A DNA stretch of 64,000 bases, taken from positions 4,092,001 to 4,156,000 of the forward strand of contig OZ176051.1 of the NCBI GenBank assembly GCA_964247055.1, read 5' to 3'. Under the pieces are notes generated by a model, which saw only the letters and a program-made list of their open reading frames with translations, searched no databases and was not told where the DNA came from. Source of the DNA: Paragordius varius (lineage: Eukaryota > Animalia > Nematomorpha). Positions 13,001-24,092 of the stretch are shown here, piece after piece; the stretch's first letter is position 1, and every line of letters starts with the position of its first letter. The position numbers and the translations under genes were made by a program.

Positions 13001-16000
13001 CTTAATAACCATAAACGTAAAGATAAAAAGCAACAATCCTCGGTAGATGAAAAACTCAGAGATTTCGAACGAAAACAAGAAAAAGTTTATAGAAATCTGT
13101 CTATCTATCTATTTTTGTTAAATTTTATGGTTTTTTATAGTGTGTTATATTGGAATTTCTATTAAATTATAAACTCATAATTATTATAAATTTGAAATAT
13201 ATTTGGCTATGATGAATAAAGTGTATATTTTATGTCCAGCACACAATAAGGTTAAATTATCCATAATTAATAAATTGAAAACAAATTTAATTTCTTTCAG
13301 AACTATTACAAATTTAATTTTTTTATTAGTTTACATGTCTCACTTTTAAATTATAATTGATTTATTATATCTTATGGTATTATCTATTATTTGTTGTATT
13401 ATTATATTAAAATTTAATAAATAACGATTGTTTCAAGCAAAACCCTTTGAAAAACTACATTTGACCATATAACCCTTTATCATATGTGCGATTTTAAACT
13501 TCTGCATTCTCTATCAAACAAAATATAAAAAATTACAATTTAACTCGTGATATATTTTTTTATAATTATATTGCAATTTTATATGAATTTATTATGAATT
13601 TTCGATTACTATAGGTAATCTTTGTCAAACGTAAAAAATAAAATTAAAATAATTTTGTATTTTTATTACTAAATATTTTTATTTACTTAATTTATTTTAT
13701 CAATAGAAAGCATTTTACGAAAAACTTACAAAGAAAGATACGACAACACGCCTTTCAAAAGCTTTTGATACATCATTATCGGTTCCTAAATGGAATATTA
13801 ACCCTACTCAATGGAAACACTTAGATAATGATGTATTTTTAGAGTAATTTATCCACTTTATTGAATTATCATATTTATTTTATTTTAAAATAAATGTCGT
13901 TATTTGGATATTGTTTTACAAAAATTGACCAGATATATACTAAAGATTTCGTAATAATTTCTATATTTTGATTTAAAAATTTAAAAAACGTTTTTTATGG
14001 GATAAAAATCACTCTTAATATTGACGTTTTTTACATAGGTATTGATGACCCTTTAGCTAATTTATTTTAAATAGCCCCCTACCCAGAGGCCAATATAAAA
14101 AAGACGTTCGATAAAATTATTTGCCTTTATTAGAGGAATACCTGCAATTATCATTTATTTCATATGTTCTTACAAAACTAAAGTTCAATGATAGCCCATT
14201 CAGGGCGTAAAGGGCCTAATTAACGGCTAAGTTAAAAAAAACGCTCGACTTAAATTTTTGCCTTTTTACGGGTAATACGGGCCCTTATTAAACTTATATG
14301 GCTTGATAAGTTTTCTCAAAATTATCTCCTAAACAACAAAATTTCGATATGGTGACGCAGTTTTAGGCAGGTAGCTCCCTACCCAGAGGGTGTTACAAAA
14401 AGCGCTAAATTGAAACTTCTTCCTCCTGATTAACGGCTAATTTTAAAATACCACACGACCTGATCTTTTGCCTTGTTACGGGTAATATTTTAAGCATATA
14501 TTGAACTCATATGGCCTGATAGGTTGTTTTCTGAAATTTAGCCCCAAAGGCACGCTATTTTGATATGACGGGGCAGTTTTTAACGGGTATCCCCTTACCC
14601 AGAAGTTAATATAACGACTGAAATTTTGCCTTTTAACAGAGAATCATGGAATCCTCATTGAATTTTTACGGTCTCATACCCTGGGCGAAAAATAGATTCA
14701 AATAATATTTTTGTGGACTTAGTTTTTTTTGGAAACATTTTACTGGGAGAGCGGGTAAAAAGAGGGCCTAAATTAAAAAAGCCAGCCGACTATGTTCGGC
14801 GCAATCGAAAATAAGAAAAAAAAACATATTTGAAATCGAATGAACCAACACGTTTTCCGGAATTGTCTCAAAGACACGATTTTTGTGGACTTGTGTTTTC
14901 AAAAAACGGGGTGGGCTCAAACTGGGGACCTAATTCAAAAAAGGGCGAAGCTATTGTCGGGGCATTCATTATTGATTATATTTTCGACATTCGGATTCGA
15001 ATGGATCTACCGGTTTTCCGGAAACAGATCACAAAGCCAGCATTTTCCATTTTTTATAAGTATATCGATTAATAATAATTTAATCTGTTTCCTAACACTT
15101 AATAATTTTTAAAATTGTTGTTCGGTTTAACATTAGTCATTATTATTAAAACTTTTTGTAGATGTTATAAGTTTTGTTTGGCGAAACAGGTATTCTTAAA
15201 AAATGATTTCATATATATTTAAAATTTAAAAATATGTAAAGTTTTTATAAAGTAAATATCCTAGAGTTTTTCTTCTATCTAATCATGGTTTAAACATTTG
15301 AATTTGAATGGTGTTTTCAAATCTTATTTTAATATTTTTTATTTTTATAAAAGGAATTTCACAGTAACTCATCAATCTTTTCCCATACATATTACTGGAG
15401 AGGATGAAAGTCTCATAAAAAATTATAATTACATTAATGATAAAATAATATTTAATGATGTCAAAAATGACTCCAAAAGCCTACCTAGTTTAACATTGGA
15501 AACTATGAAATTTGCGCATTCAAAAGTATCAAAATCAAGTACATATTAAGCTATATTTGATATTTCGAGTTAAGATTCGCTAAACTTCCAATATTATGCA
15601 GTTTGATAAATTTTTGTGAAATAAAGTTTAATAAATTTTTTTGCATTTTGTTTAAATAATATGGAAAGTTCTGAATACGAATTTATTTTCAATTCTATTT
15701 ATGTAACTTTCTAAATTTTTTACTTATGATATTTAGAAACTAAAATTAACATGTACGTTGGTGGACATGTGTCAGCTATTGAATGGGCTCCTTACACGAA
15801 ATTAGCTAAGCAATACCAAAAATGTTATTTTAGTGTTGCAGTTAATCTTGGCAAAGACAAAGAAAATTTAACAACCCAAAGTAATGGTTTTAGTTTTAAC
15901 AATTTTTAATCATCATAAGAAATAAAATTTAAACTTATATTTTTTTATTTAAATTGACCTAATTTGTCTATCAATCAAACCGACCGTATTTTAAAAAGTG

Positions 16001-19000
16001 ACAACAAAATAAAGCTTAAAAATAATCATTGTTTTTGGCATACACCATTTATCAATTAAGGAAATAAATTCATTTTTGTAAACCATTCATTTCTCCTAAA
16101 ATGACGTAATTTTTAGTTCCAAAACAATAATATATAATTATTTTTTGCTTTTAAATTATTTAGTGATAGTTTTTACAAAATGGTTTTCACGAAAAGCTGA
16201 TTGGCCCTAGTTTAAATGAAAATATACATTATCAAATATACCATTTACAGTTCAAATTCATCACCCTTTAACAATACAAATTCACCCTCGAACAATTCAA
16301 ATTCACTCTTGAACAATTCAAATTTATCCTTAAAATAAATTATGTGTTTTCGAACTGATATAACTCATTATTAATATGAAATATATCTTTGTGGCATAAA
16401 TCATTATTTTTTGAGTATTATTTTTATTTAATACTTTTATCTTTTAAAAATATATTAAAATATAGGTAATTTTTAATCTTAGAAAACATATAATTATTCT
16501 GGGTGAATATGAATTGTTCAAGGGTGAATTTGAATTCTTTAAGGGTGAATTTGAATCGTAAGTGGTATATCTTTATTATATTGATAGAGAGACCTTATCA
16601 ATTTTTTTATTTTTTTTAATATTAGACACTGCTGCTAATCATAAATCCCCACTTACTATGATTCAAATTTGGAGCTGTAATCTTAGTAAAGTCATGGCTG
16701 ATCCCGAACTATTTAGGCTGGAATATAGTTTTGCTGTAACAAAATCTTCTCAAATAACTTCTAAAGAAATTACAAGTGAAAAAAATTTATTTTCCGACTT
16801 GGTTTGTATGAAATGGTGTCCAAATTACACTGAAATTCCTTGTGAGAAAATTACGACTCAAGAAAATGCAAAAGATTTAGGCTTATTAGCTGTGACTTGG
16901 CAAAATTTTACGCCTGTGATTATATTACCGTAATTTTTTTTATTAAAATTCATAATTTTAAACATATTTTCAGGGTTAAGAAATATATATATAATTAATT
17001 TAATTTATGTATATCATCGTATTTGCATTAAGGCAGTCCTTTTAAAAGTATGAGCTTATAAAATGTTAAAGCTTACAGATAAAATATTAAAAGTTTTTTT
17101 CTTTATGAAAAAGATTTTGTCTGCAAGAAAAATGTTGTTATGGTCCTAGTCATATGTAATATTCGGAATCGTATTTTAGAATTAACATTAAAATTTGGTT
17201 ATTTAAATTTGGATGATTCAATGAAAAATAATATTTATGTGGTAAAATAATATGTAAGATGATATAAATAAACGAATAATTTGTCACTGTCCTATTATCA
17301 TTAGAAAACTGATAACCTATCACTCTATCGAAATATTAATTGTTTTTCCACTAAAAAAGGTGATTTTATGTCCATTGACTTTTTACCAAACATGTTGCAA
17401 AAACTCAATATGATATAAATCTTTTAATAATTTTTTCGAATCTAGATTTTGATACATTTTGTAGGCATTTTTAATTTATTTGTTTTAATTTAATATAGAA
17501 TACCACACCCTTCTAATCTCTATAAAACAACATCATCTCCCCTATCCAATTCACAAAATTTAATGTTTTTTATAACGAACAATTATTACATTCTGGATCT
17601 CAATTTTGACAACCATATTCAGACGAATCTCAATAACCCATTACATTCAAAATGGTGTTGGCACAAAAGTTTAGTTTACCCCACCTCAATTGATTGGTTT
17701 CTAAACGAACAATATTGCTCTTTTGCAACTGGTTATAGTGATGGTAATTTTTTTAATTTGTGGTTTAAATTAATTTTCTCTAATATAGTTTTTAGAACCG
17801 CCGGACAGTTTTAGACTTTAATTTTAGTTGTGTTTTGGGTTTGAGAGTTATAATACTTTCAAACGCTCATATGTGATTTAGATTTTCAGACATTTGAGTT
17901 TAGTTTTTTATGCCGCTTTCATTTGGAAAATGAAATTTTTTTGGATATAATACTAAGTTAGCATCGTAATACAAATGGTAAAAAAAGCACAAAATTGACT
18001 CCTGAAATAAAATATACAGTTTAGAGTCTCTTTTCTCCTTTTTTATTAAAGGGTAAGGACCTTTACTGTATCCGCACTTGTGAAGGCTTTAACACTCGCC
18101 TGCTTATGGCTGAAAGTGATGATGAAAAAATTGCGTAGTTCGGGATTCGAACTCTGGCACGCAGGGTGAGAGTCCGGCGCCCTACCTACTATACCATCAT
18201 TGACTCCTGATAACAGTTAAAAAATGGTTTCGTGTTTAATAACGTTTTAATTTGTATTTTATTCAATTTGTATAAAAAGGTACTATATCTGTTTGGCACC
18301 TTACACAAATAACATGCAATAAATCATCATTTCAACTTTACCATATCAACGGAAAAGATTTGCAAATTAGTCAACCATTTGCTCAGTCTTTTAACTCTAT
18401 CACGACACAAGAAACAAAAAGTATTTTGTTAAATTTATTTTTTATGGGTAATTTGAAATAATTTGGTCTGTTTTTTACTCTATTATTAATTACCTAATAT
18501 TGTAAAAACTATGAGCTTTAACTTTGTTCCGCCAAAAATTTACTTTATCTGAGAATAATTATCTTTTGTAAATTAATGCCGTTTTAAAAAATGTATAATT
18601 AGAGTAAATTCTTCCATAATGACATAGCTCAATATCCGCATCATGACGAGTTTAAATAAAATTTAAAATTAGTTTTTTTGTTTAAATATATAATATCTAA
18701 GGTTTTTCATAAATATATTTTAAAAAAAAATTAAAAAAGATTTTATTATTGTAGCTCATTATGAGGGCTCTAGAATGCCCACAAACTAGTGAATTAATAC
18801 ATTTAAGTTTAAAGGCGTTTAATTTCTAAAACTAGGATCTCATTCATAAATCGGAAAAGTGGGTCATGATCAATTTATATATAAAAGCGCAAAAGGGTAA
18901 ATCATAAAAAGTCACCGTTTATTTTGCAAAAAAAAACTAATCCATATTTAGATGACAAATACCTGTGGATGTGTTTGATACCATCTCTAACGCTACCCCG

Positions 19001-21998
19001 TACATCAAGTGTACATATGGATGCGATTAACATTATAAATTTTGGTCCGGTCGATGCCTACAGCCTTGTTAATAATCGCAAAACGGCTCCTCGTTACTTG
19101 GCAACTTTTAGTTTGAATAAAAGTGTAGCCATTCACGATCTACAAATCGCTGCATGTAGTTCCTCCATTACAAATGGTAAGTAAGGTGGTTTTTTTAACA
19201 CGGGAATAATGTTCTTTTTTAACGATAAATTTAAAATTTTTCTCTTTATCTTTATTATATTTTAATATGTTTGAACTAATTCGAATGAAATAACAATAAT
19301 TTACGTTTTTATTGCTAAAAACATTAAAAATAAATTTTGATTTAAGCGGAAATCATCTTTGATAAATAAGGTAGCATAGCAAAATTTGGTGATTTTACGG
19401 TCTCATTTATTATATTTTTACTAAAAAGGTTCAATAAAAGCGACTCTACTGTATTATAGATAGGAAATTAACAGTTATATTAATTCACTGGTTAGATATT
19501 TCAGGAATTGTATTAAGATTTTATCAAATTGATTTGTTTTATCCGATTTTTATAATACATTTCGGGTTTATATGCTACACTATGTTCATATAATATTAAT
19601 TTTGTGGTATTTTATCCAAATTTTTTGAAGTTAACCTGTTATCAGGTTTATTTTAATCTTATTTAAATTGTTTCTTTGTTACATACAAATCCTAGATATT
19701 TTTGCAAGATTATTGTAAGTTTTATGTTGCTAATTTTAATTTATTTTTTAAAAAAATTCTAAAATCCTACATTTTTTATGAATCTTTCTTAATTCTAATA
19801 GGCTTGATACATTACCGTTCACCTTTTCTTAGTTATCAATGTGATTCAGCCAACGCAGAAAATGAATTTAATGCTGATTATAAACCTAAAGATTTTATCA
19901 CCCTAACCATGGCTAACGACAAATCCTCTCAAGATAAAAACGATACAATTAACAATATAGATTCTTCATCATTAGATGGTGATTATTAACTTATATGATA
20001 ATTTTTTCTTATTAAAATTAGACGAAGCGAAAAATAATTAGAGATGTAAATTGGTAATGTATTATTTTTTAATTGAAATCATATTAGGTTATATAGGTAA
20101 AATCAAAGATCAAATAATATGATCTTTTTGATAAAATTTTTACGTTTTTCTCTATATTCTTTACTTTTACTGCTAACTAATTATTTTAAATAACCATTTA
20201 AACTTTGTATGTTAACGTAATATTAAGGCAAAAATATGGTTTTATATATAAAACATATTAGTTTTTACTTTTATATGTTATTAAATTTAACTCAACATCA
20301 ATTTTCATAGATGAAAATAAAAAATCTGTCCTGATATGTCCATTTATCCCATCTATGACTTTTGTTTCGGGTTTGTGGACATCATCTTACAAATTACCAT
20401 ACCATGCTCTATGTAACACTTCGTATGGTGCTTACAAACCCAAATCAGCAAAATTTTTATTGGGTGGTGATCTATCTATGGGGTAAATTTTAGTTTGTTC
20501 TTTGCTAAAATATTTTGCATATATTAGAGCTATATTCCCCTCTTACATAAGAATTGTCAAAAAAAGGTTATAGTTTTTGAAATACAATTTTATATTTTCT
20601 TAAAATTACTAGATTTTAAATATTTTGAGCTAGTTTAAAGGCACTAAAAAAATAATATTTGATTTTTATATCATAAATATTAATTTATTGGATAAAATAA
20701 AAATTAATTAAATTTTACAAAAGAGCCGTGATTTAATTACAATTATGGTTATTATAAGTGATGTCCACTAATCATAATATCGTATTTCAAATCTATTTTT
20801 TAACATCTATATCTAACGTTACGAACGAAATTTATACCGTGTAATTAATCGATAGATCACATTTGAATGCAATGGAGTTACCTGGTATAACAAAAACAGG
20901 GAGTATATGTAATTACAAATTTGGACCTCAAATCGTTTCCGATCTAGATTATCAAGGAGCATTAGATATGGCTGTTATTTGTTCCCCTTTTGGGTTTTGT
21001 CAACTTTTGTACGGGCTTTCACAAGAAAATCATTTACGTACTTACTGTCCTTTATCACAAATGACAATTGGTTTTTTGCCATACGATGGAAAACAAATAA
21101 ATTCTCGCTCTGTTAAACAAGAGCCTACAATGGAAAACGAATCTCTTTTAGATCAAAAGAAGAATGATACATTCTCTTATGCACTTTATGATATTCAATC
21201 TATTCAAACTTCATCGACCTTTCATGATTGTGAATATTTTAAGTCTGAAATCAAACAAAATGGAACAATTAACACAAACGATGCCATAAATATAGTTGAT
21301 CAAACTTTAAAAGATGAATTTGAATGTGCAAAAACAAAAGAAAAAAGTGAACGGCCATATATCTTATTCAATGATTTGTATGACAAGGTATATTATCTTT
21401 ATTATTAACGTTTGAATTCGATTGGTATTTGATTAACGAATTTCAAAAATAGAATACATGGATTTGTGATTATGTATCCAATTTATTTTTATTAATCCAT
21501 CAAATTAAAAATACTTTTTTTGAAAATAAACTAGAATTTTTATGTTATGTTAGACAATTTTCAAAGGTTTATGTATGTGTATATCCGCTTTTAAAAATTT
21601 AAATTTCTCTAAAACTGTGCAATAAAAGAGAAATATTTTATTGATTATTATAAATTACATTTTCATACATACAGCCCATTCAAACAAAACAAATTTATCA
21701 TTCTGCCCGTGATAAAGGAAAGAATCTAAATGCACTTGAATATTCCAATTATGCCTCATTGCTCCAAACAAAAGTTTATATCTAATTATTTTATCGAAAA
21801 TGCTGATTATTCTGTAATTATTTAATTATTTTTGAAAAAAATGTATAATAGGCCAGATTTTGTCCATTCCCCTATCTTAAAACATGGCTATTAACGAGCG
21901 TGGGAGCCGGTTTTGTCCGTCTTGTTAATTTGGTTGACACACAAAAACAAATGCAAGATTATCAAAGTTTTATGAAACCAAAAAAACGCCGACGCTAA
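7028..21998 (+). CDS. GTF3C2: TFIIIC subunit 2 (GTF3C2/TFIIIC110/Tfc6-like WD40 protein) with N-terminal AT-hooks and ZNF512-like zinc fingers; 5' end incomplete
   Basis: 24 phase-consistent GT-AG exons: 7028-7144, 7221-7313, 7542-7661, 8212-8284, 8364-8465, 8545-8631, 9359-9607, 10052-10147, 10220-10306, 11205-11403, 11680-11821, 12700-13084, 13707-13843, 15354-15538, 15737-15880, 16626-16929, 17499-17743, 18280-18420, 18952-19176, 19802-19978, 20311-20482, 20856-21387, 21675-21773, 21852-21998 (about 1418 codons). GTF3C2-type motifs occur in order: MYVGGHVSAIEWAP, IQIWS, MKWCP...LGLLAVT...LPIPHP, SIDW...FATGYSDGTISVWHL, C-terminal ARFCPFPYLKTWLLTSVGAGFVRLVNL, then a KPKKRRR stop. The N-terminus has RKRGRK and RKRGRP plus six C2H2/C2HC fingers. 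Confidence 0.82.
10606..10866. mobile_element. hAT-like MITE
   Basis: TIRs CAGTGGTTCCCAA (10606) and TTGGGAACCACTG (ends 10866). The left flank TTTTATAG is repeated on the right after 4 extra T, a probable 8-bp TSD with homopolymer slippage. It lies in an intron. Confidence 0.8.
11854..12153. mobile_element. Tc1/mariner-type MITE (TA target)
   Basis: ta|CAGTTAAAATTGAAATTATACGGACAAAACGTGAAAATATAAAGACAAA ... TTTGTCGTTATATATTCACGTTTTGTCCGTATAATTTAATTTTTACTG|ta, with long imperfect TIRs. The same family is at 59841-60108, with partial copies near 9270, 9800, 11476, 12456 and 29960. Confidence 0.75.
14040..15068 (-). mobile_element. Helitron family copy (3'-truncated, long variant) in a GTF3C2 intron
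   Basis: Reverse-complement match to the array monomer (14600-15068, 5' end a|TCGATATACTTATAAAAAATGGAAAATGCTGG at 15068). An extension is shared with 51580-51950 and has repeated GGGTAG-GGAG-CTACC-like hairpins near 14590, 14375 and 14080. No CTAG terminus was found, and the left boundary is approximate. Confidence 0.75.
16236..16570. mobile_element. Foldback/MITE-like element with subterminal ~20-bp repeats
   Basis: The left ATATACCATTTACAGTTCAAATTCA is followed by AATTCACCCT-type repeats. These are mirrored on the right by AGGGTGAATTTGAA repeats ending in GTAAGTGGTATAT. Confidence 0.6.
18006..18198 (-). mobile_element. tRNA-derived SINE (tRNA-Glu-like head)
   Basis: On the minus strand: A-box TGGTATAGTAGG (18185-18196), a CT-CTC-AC anticodon-like loop, B-box GAGTTCGAATCC (18143-18154), then a non-tRNA body and an A-rich tail. 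A 12-bp direct repeat ATTGACTCCTGA at 17994-18005 and 18199-18210 is a candidate TSD. A second copy lies at 48177-48351. Confidence 0.75.
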
Positions 21999-22079
21999 CC
22001 CAAAATATTGTTTTAAATTTATTTTTCCCATCATATATATATTATAACTTTGGTAATAAATCTTGAATGTATATATATA

Positions 22080-24092
22080 TCATGATACTGGCAAAGGCAT
22101 GTAATGTTCAATGTAATGCGTATCCTCAACCTCAAACTTCCAAGCATCAAAAGCATCTACACAATCTGCCGCAAATTTAAACAGAAATTCAAAATCTTCG
22201 TATTCCCTTATAAATTGTTGGCGTGATGCACGCACAGCTCGCACTGATAAATATATGTTGAGGCCACGTTCGACCCTCATCTGTTCCCAAATCCTGGAAC
22301 ACACGCAAAATATTCCACTTCGAGAGTAGCCATCTAAATCTTGGACGAGTGTATGGCGAGATTTATTTTGTTCATTCCATTCATTTATACGCTCAAGGCA
22401 TTCCAGAACCGGGATAGATGAAGCTGGACACCTTTCATTGTTTGGCCAGCTTGAGAGATGATACTGCCTTATAAGTCGTTTAGGTTCTGTTGGTTTAAGC
22501 ATATTTGCCAGAGATAAATTTCTCACCGTTAAACTTTTCTTATACTTTTTGGTCACGACAGCACTAGTTTCTATCATTTTAACCTCTAAGGATGCGTACA
22601 TGGCTGTACCCTCTTGTGGCCAATAATTTGTGGCGCTTGCATTGTTTTTTTCCACCTGATTTAACATGACGATGGAAGAAATGTTATAATCGTATATAAG
22701 TTTCCAAAAATCTATTACAGTGCTGGGGAAGGGATGTTGTGAAACTATAAAAGCATTATTACATTGATAACCATTTACGAAGATGGCATTTATATAATCG
22801 GTCATAAATCCATCCCTTCCATCTCCTGTAATCTTTAGTTTAGGCCGTTTTGCATCGCTAGGAACGATTTTCGGATCCCGATTTTTCTTAATATTCAGGG
22901 CACTAAGTCCAGGATTGTTGGGATCAAAAATAAATTTGTCAGGTGGAGCAATTTTACATATAATTTCCCATTGAATTTGGAGGCCGGTTTTACCGTTAGG
23001 CAAGGTTTTATTTATTTCCAAGTAATAATCGGCCCAACTGGAACACGGCACAAATGTTTTCCCAATCTGCAACGCTTCCACTATGGCTTCATGTAAAAAC
23101 GTATACTGATCTGGAGTTTGTAACATAGCTATACGTTGAAGTCTCATCTCCTTACAAAACCCAAAGATATCAACTTGTCCACAATCTTTGGCCATTTCTA
23201 TCATCGATTCCAAGGCAATATAGGTTCCAGTTCGCCCGACCCCTGCACTACAATGTATAGCTATAGGGCCGGTTGATTGAGATTCGTGTTGTTGGATAAC
23301 ATGATAAAACCCTAAGAGTTCGGTTGGGTTTGCCGGTACCCCGTGATCTGGCCAAGCCATAAAACGAAAATGACGGATTACACGCGTTTCATAAGTCTCC
23401 GTATTGGTTAAACCAAAATCACACAACGTATAATCAGCCACAGTTTTTGTAACTTTACGACTAACTTTTATGCTGCCATATATATCCACATCATCGGGCC
23501 AATACTTATCACACTTTACCTGGCCCTGTTCAATCAAATTGGTTAACATGACAATTTTTGAGCAACGTTTTTGCCAAATCATATCCCAAAAGTCACTCAT
23601 GGTGCTTGGCAGGGGCGCTTGTGTTGCAATGTATTTAGCCTTGCTTTTATAGCCATCAATGTAGCTAGCATTAATATATCCATCAGGATTTTCCCCAGTA
23701 CCTTTCAGTTTGACCCTGTTGAAGTCGTACGGGACCATATTAGTGTATCGATTCCTACACCTATTTATATCCTTCAATCCTACTGTCATAGGTTTTAACG
23801 GTGTTTGAGGCAACCTTTCATGCTCGCGTGGGAAACCGTTGTTTAGCTTGAGTTTAGCAATGTGATCAGCCAAATCTTTCATATCGATTGCATTACCCTG
23901 ATAACTTTTCCAAGTGTTATCATCTTTTCCGGTCCCGGGTAGACCAGGGTTCGTTTTTCTTTTCAACGAATTTTCATCGTCATGTTCAGCTAAGGATTCA
24001 TGAGAACCGGATTGTTTTGGTTCGTTTAGTTTTCCAGTCGATTTTGAAAATCCGCCGCAACATTTAAATATCGAGCCTGAAGTTTTTGGCAT
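22080..24092 (-). CDS. Intronless tandem-domain (D1+D2) receptor-type-like protein tyrosine phosphatase lacking ectodomain and TM, 670 aa
   Basis: Single ORF. D1 has RNRYTNMVPYD, YINAS, YIATQAP, KCDKYWP, WPDHGVP, IHCSAGVGRTG and a Q-loop (QRIAMLQTPDQY). D2 has DYINA, SQHP and YWP, with a degenerate active site VQDLDGYSRSG (Cys replaced by Asp) and WPNNE. Confidence 0.93.
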   Translation of the reverse strand: MPKTSGSIFKCCGGFSKSTGKLNEPKQSGSHESLAEHDDENSLKRKTNPGLPGTGKDDNTWKSYQGNAIDMKDLADHIAKLKLNNGFPREHERLPQTPLKPMTVGLKDINRCRNRYTNMVPYDFNRVKLKGTGENPDGYINASYIDGYKSKAKYIATQAPLPSTMSDFWDMIWQKRCSKIVMLTNLIEQGQVKCDKYWPDDVDIYGSIKVSRKVTKTVADYTLCDFGLTNTETYETRVIRHFRFMAWPDHGVPANPTELLGFYHVIQQHESQSTGPIAIHCSAGVGRTGTYIALESMIEMAKDCGQVDIFGFCKEMRLQRIAMLQTPDQYTFLHEAIVEALQIGKTFVPCSSWADYYLEINKTLPNGKTGLQIQWEIICKIAPPDKFIFDPNNPGLSALNIKKNRDPKIVPSDAKRPKLKITGDGRDGFMTDYINAIFVNGYQCNNAFIVSQHPFPSTVIDFWKLIYDYNISSIVMLNQVEKNNASATNYWPQEGTAMYASLEVKMIETSAVVTKKYKKSLTVRNLSLANMLKPTEPKRLIRQYHLSSWPNNERCPASSIPVLECLERINEWNEQNKSRHTLVQDLDGYSRSGIFCVCSRIWEQMRVERGLNIYLSVRAVRASRQQFIREYEDFEFLFKFAADCVDAFDAWKFEVEDTHYIEHYMPLPVS

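Noticed and set aside
18132-18206. Functional tRNA-Glu(CTC) gene
   Set aside because: The T-stem and acceptor stem do not pair, and the sequence continues into a shared non-tRNA body with a second genomic copy, so it is a SINE.
23470-23798. Antisense or alternate-frame ORFs overlapping PTP, NR2F and CAMSAP exons (also 37920, 44344, 44372, 46253, 48874, 48884, 60110, 60795)
   Set aside because: They are shadows of real coding exons with no independent motifs.
22080-24092. PTP nested within an intron of GTF3C2
   Set aside because: GTF3C2 terminates at 21998 with its recognisable C-terminal WD motif, so the genes are convergent rather than nested.
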